A DNA stretch of 64,000 bases, taken from NCBI GenBank assembly GCA_041182225.1, contig JBEGOC010000206.1, positions 14,194 to 78,193 of the forward strand, read 5' to 3'. The notes below the pieces were generated by a model, which saw only the letters and a program-made list of their open reading frames with translations, was not told the origin of the DNA and did no database searches. Shown piece after piece: positions 61,074-64,000 of the stretch. Each line of letters starts with the position of its first letter. The first letter of the stretch is position 1. Origin of the DNA: Pseudomonadota bacterium (lineage in GTDB: Bacteria; Pseudomonadota; Gammaproteobacteria; Burkholderiales; Burkholderiaceae_C). The translations under genes and the position numbers were made by a program.

Positions 61074-62359
61074 TGGAACCCTGTCAAGTTATTGAGCCGG
61101 CCAAGCCGATGGCGCGGCGATCACGCCAAGCACGGGTCAGCTGGAATTCGCGCATCGTGACGGTGGGCGGCGATGCGCCGGTCCGGGTGCAATCCATGAC
61201 CAATACCGATACGGCAGACGCCATCGGAACAGCCATTCAGGTCAAGGAGCTGGCGCTGGCCGGGTCCGAAATGGTGCGCGTCACAGTGAACACCCCAGAG
61301 GCAGCGCAAGCTGTGCCCTATGTGCGCGAACAACTCGACCGCATGGGCATTGATGTTCCGTTGGTAGGCGACTTCCATTACAACGGTCACCGCCTGTTGA
61401 CCGACTTCCCCGACTGCGCGCAGGCTCTGTCCAAGTACCGCATCAATCCGGGCAACGTGGGCAAGGGTGACAAGCGGGACCGGCAGTTCGGCCTGATGAT
61501 CGAGGCGGCGATGCGCTGGGACAAGCCCGTGCGCATTGGCGTCAACTGGGGCAGTCTCGACCAGGAGTTGCTTGCTCAATTGATGGACGACAACAGCCGG
61601 CGTGCGACGCCCTGGAGCGCCAAGTCGGTCATGTACGAGGCCCTGATCACCTCTGCCACCGAGTCGGCATCGCGGGCGGTTGACATGGGCATGAACCCGA
61701 ACCAGATCATTCTGTCCTGCAAGGTCAGTGGCGTGCAGGATCTGATCTCGGTCTACCGCGAATTGGCCCGGCGCTGCGACTACCCCTTGCACCTGGGGCT
61801 CACCGAAGCCGGCATGGGCACCAAAGGGGCCGTGGCTTCCAGTGTGGCACTGGCGATCCTGTTGCAAGAGGGCATTGGCGACACCATCCGGGTATCGCTC
61901 ACGCCGCAGCCGGGCGAGGCGCGCACCCAGGAGGTGGTGATTGCGTCCGACATCCTGCAGGCGCTCGAATTGCGCTCGTTTGTGCCCAGTGTGACCGCTT
62001 GTCCGGGTTGCGGCCGCACCACCAGCACCACGTTTCAGGAATTGACACAACAAATCGAAGGCTTTTTGCGCGCGCAGATGCCGGTCTGGCGCCATCAGTA
62101 CCCTGGCGTGGAAACCCTGCGGGTCGCCGTGATGGGGTGCATCGTGAATGGGCCGGGGGAGAGCAAGCATGCTGACATCGGCATCAGCCTGCCGGGCACC
62201 GGCGAGGCGCCCGCCGCCCCGGTGTTCATCGACGGTGAAAAGCGCCTGACCCTCAGAGGCGCCGGCATTGCGCAGGAGTTCCAGAAGATCGTGGAGGACT
62301 ACATTGAGAACCGTTTCGGCAAAACCATGCCAGTCGCAACTGTGCGAGGATCGGAATGA
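61070..62359 (+). CDS. ispG: HMBPP synthase
   Basis: [37 protein letters not shown]. Confidence 0.98.
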   Translation: MMEPCQVIEPAKPMARRSRQARVSWNSRIVTVGGDAPVRVQSMTNTDTADAIGTAIQVKELALAGSEMVRVTVNTPEAAQAVPYVREQLDRMGIDVPLVGDFHYNGHRLLTDFPDCAQALSKYRINPGNVGKGDKRDRQFGLMIEAAMRWDKPVRIGVNWGSLDQELLAQLMDDNSRRATPWSAKSVMYEALITSATESASRAVDMGMNPNQIILSCKVSGVQDLISVYRELARRCDYPLHLGLTEAGMGTKGAVASSVALAILLQEGIGDTIRVSLTPQPGEARTQEVVIASDILQALELRSFVPSVTACPGCGRTTSTTFQELTQQIEGFLRAQMPVWRHQYPGVETLRVAVMGCIVNGPGESKHADIGISLPGTGEAPAAPVFIDGEKRLTLRGAGIAQEFQKIVEDYIENRFGKTMPVATVRGSE

Positions 62360-63669
62360 GTGAGGCCGGCCTGAGTCCCAAGGTGACCAAATTGACCGGT
62401 GTCAAGGGCATGAACGATGTCCTGCCGCCTGATTCGGCCGCCGTCGAATGGCTCGAGGCCAGGGTGCGGGCCCTCATGGCCCGCTTCGCCTACCGCAACA
62501 TCCGCACCCCGATCGTGGAGCGTACGCCGCTGTACACGCGCGGTTTGGGCGAGGTGACCGACATCGTCGAAAAGGAGATGTACACCTTTGAGGATCGCCT
62601 CAACGGCGACTCGCTGACGCTTCGACCGGAATGCACCGCCGGCGTGGTGCGCGCAGTGGTAGAGCATTCGCTGCTTTACGACGGCGGCAAGCGGTATTAC
62701 TACATTGGCCCGATGTTCCGGCATGAGCGGCCGCAGCGTGGGCGCTACCGCCAGTTTGACCAGATCGGCGCCGAGGCGCTCGGTTTCGGCGGCGCCGAGG
62801 TCGATGCCGAGTTGATCCTGTTGGCTGTGGCGATGTGGCAAGACCTTGGACTGAGTGACATTCGTCTTGAAATCAACAGCCTGGGGCAGCCTGCTGAGCG
62901 CCTGCAGCACCGGCAGGCACTGATTGCCCACCTGGAGCGGCACGCTGACGTCTTGGACGAGGATGCGCGCCGCCGCCTGTACAGCAACCCGCTGCGCATC
63001 CTGGATACGAAAAACCCGGCCATGCAGGCCGTGGTGGCCTCGGCGCCGCGGCTGATCGACGCACTGGGGCCCGAATCACTGTCGCACTTCAATGCCTTGC
63101 GGGCGATTCTGGACGCCAATGGCGTGGCCTACACCATCAACCCGCGGCTGGTGCGGGGCATGGACTATTACAACCTGACCGTTTTTGAGTTCATCACCGA
63201 CCGTCTGGGCGCGCAGGGCACGGTGTGTGCCGGTGGTCGCTATGACTACCTGATCGAACAACTCGGCGGCAAGCCCGCTCCGGCCGTGGGCTGGGCGCTC
63301 GGCGTGGACCGGGTGCTGGACCTGATCCGGGCGCAGGGAGGTGCCCAGGTCGAGGTGCCGCTGGACGCCTATGCCATCGTGGCGGATGTGGCGGCGCTAC
63401 CGTTGGTGCTGCAGACGCTGCAAGCATTGCGGATGGCGGGCGTCAGCGTGATGATGCATGCCAGCGCCACTGGCGGCATGGGCAGCCTCAAGTCCCAGTT
63501 CAAGCGGGCCGATAGCAGTGGCGCGCGCTATGCCCTGGTGTTTGGTGCCGACGAGGTCGCCGCCGGACGGGTCACGGTCAAGCCCCTGCGTGAGGCGGCG
63601 GGTGTGCAGGTCAGCCGGGCGCTGTCCGATCTGGCAGGCTGGGCGCCCACCCTACAATCGCCGCTCTAA
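62356..63669 (+). CDS. hisS: Histidine--tRNA ligase
   Basis: [32 protein letters not shown]. Confidence 0.98.
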   Translation: MSEAGLSPKVTKLTGVKGMNDVLPPDSAAVEWLEARVRALMARFAYRNIRTPIVERTPLYTRGLGEVTDIVEKEMYTFEDRLNGDSLTLRPECTAGVVRAVVEHSLLYDGGKRYYYIGPMFRHERPQRGRYRQFDQIGAEALGFGGAEVDAELILLAVAMWQDLGLSDIRLEINSLGQPAERLQHRQALIAHLERHADVLDEDARRRLYSNPLRILDTKNPAMQAVVASAPRLIDALGPESLSHFNALRAILDANGVAYTINPRLVRGMDYYNLTVFEFITDRLGAQGTVCAGGRYDYLIEQLGGKPAPAVGWALGVDRVLDLIRAQGGAQVEVPLDAYAIVADVAALPLVLQTLQALRMAGVSVMMHASATGGMGSLKSQFKRADSSGARYALVFGADEVAAGRVTVKPLREAAGVQVSRALSDLAGWAPTLQSPL

Positions 63670-63681
63670 CCGAAGACACCC

Positions 63682-64000
63682 ATGGCCAACCAACTCGACC
63701 TTGAAGAACAAGAACAGCTTGACCAACTCAAGCACTTCTGGAAGCAGTACGGCAATGCCATCACTTGGCTGCTGATCGTCGTCTTGGGCGCTTTTGCGAG
63801 CTGGAATGGCTACCAGTACTGGCAGCGCAACCAGGCCACGCAGGCGGCCGCCATGTTTGACGAAGTGGACCGCATGGTAAAAGGTGGCGATTTGAAAAAA
63901 ATTGACCGTGCCTTTGCCGACATGAAAGACAGGTTCGGCTCGACCGCTTACGGCCAGCAGGCCGGCTTGCTGGTGGCTCGGTATTACGCGGAAGCGGGTC
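63682..64000 (+). CDS. yfgM: YfgM-like TPR membrane protein (partial, runs off window)
   Basis: Not in ORF track; MANQLDLEEQEQLDQLKHFWKQYG + TM, canonical after hisS. Confidence 0.9.
   Translation, partial: MANQLDLEEQEQLDQLKHFWKQYGNAITWLLIVVLGAFASWNGYQYWQRNQATQAAAMFDEVDRMVKGGDLKKIDRAFADMKDRFGSTAYGQQAGLLVARYYAEAG

Overview
GC-rich betaproteobacterial chromosome segment; gene content and order are Comamonadaceae-like (inference, no search run). Core blocks: efp-earP / uvrC-pgsA-DMT-tartrate dehydrogenase-hupB-tRNA-Val-ppiD-tRNA-His, and prpE-sucA-sucB-lpdA-zapE-helicase / bamD / rluD-scpB-rluB-ndk-rlmN-pilW-rodZ-ispG-hisS-yfgM. Accessory blocks: (1) 0.2-8.2 kb, LOG protein, PHA synthase, yqjD/E/K-like genes, a PaaK-like ligase and an AMP-phosphorylase-like + PRPP-synthetase-like pair, with an FNR-like box; (2) 17.4-23.8 kb, probable oxalate activation/reduction module with a tripartite tricarboxylate transporter; (3) 24-32.3 kb, GntR-controlled L-idonate/ketogluconate pathway with a TRAP transporter and a decayed gene remnant; (4) 32.7-37.6 kb, an operon joining a Tat-exported molybdenum hydroxylase (IorAB-type) to SoxX, a non-canonical SoxY (AACIE arm), SoxZ and SoxA, with no soxB/soxCD in the window. 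Other signals: a ~60-bp palindromic repeat found in-frame inside earP (twice) and sucB and across the acuI stop; a sucA RNA motif; and a recurring leaderless-type promoter layout. No CRISPR, rRNA, integrase or transposase was seen. All protein calls come from motif recognition by eye.
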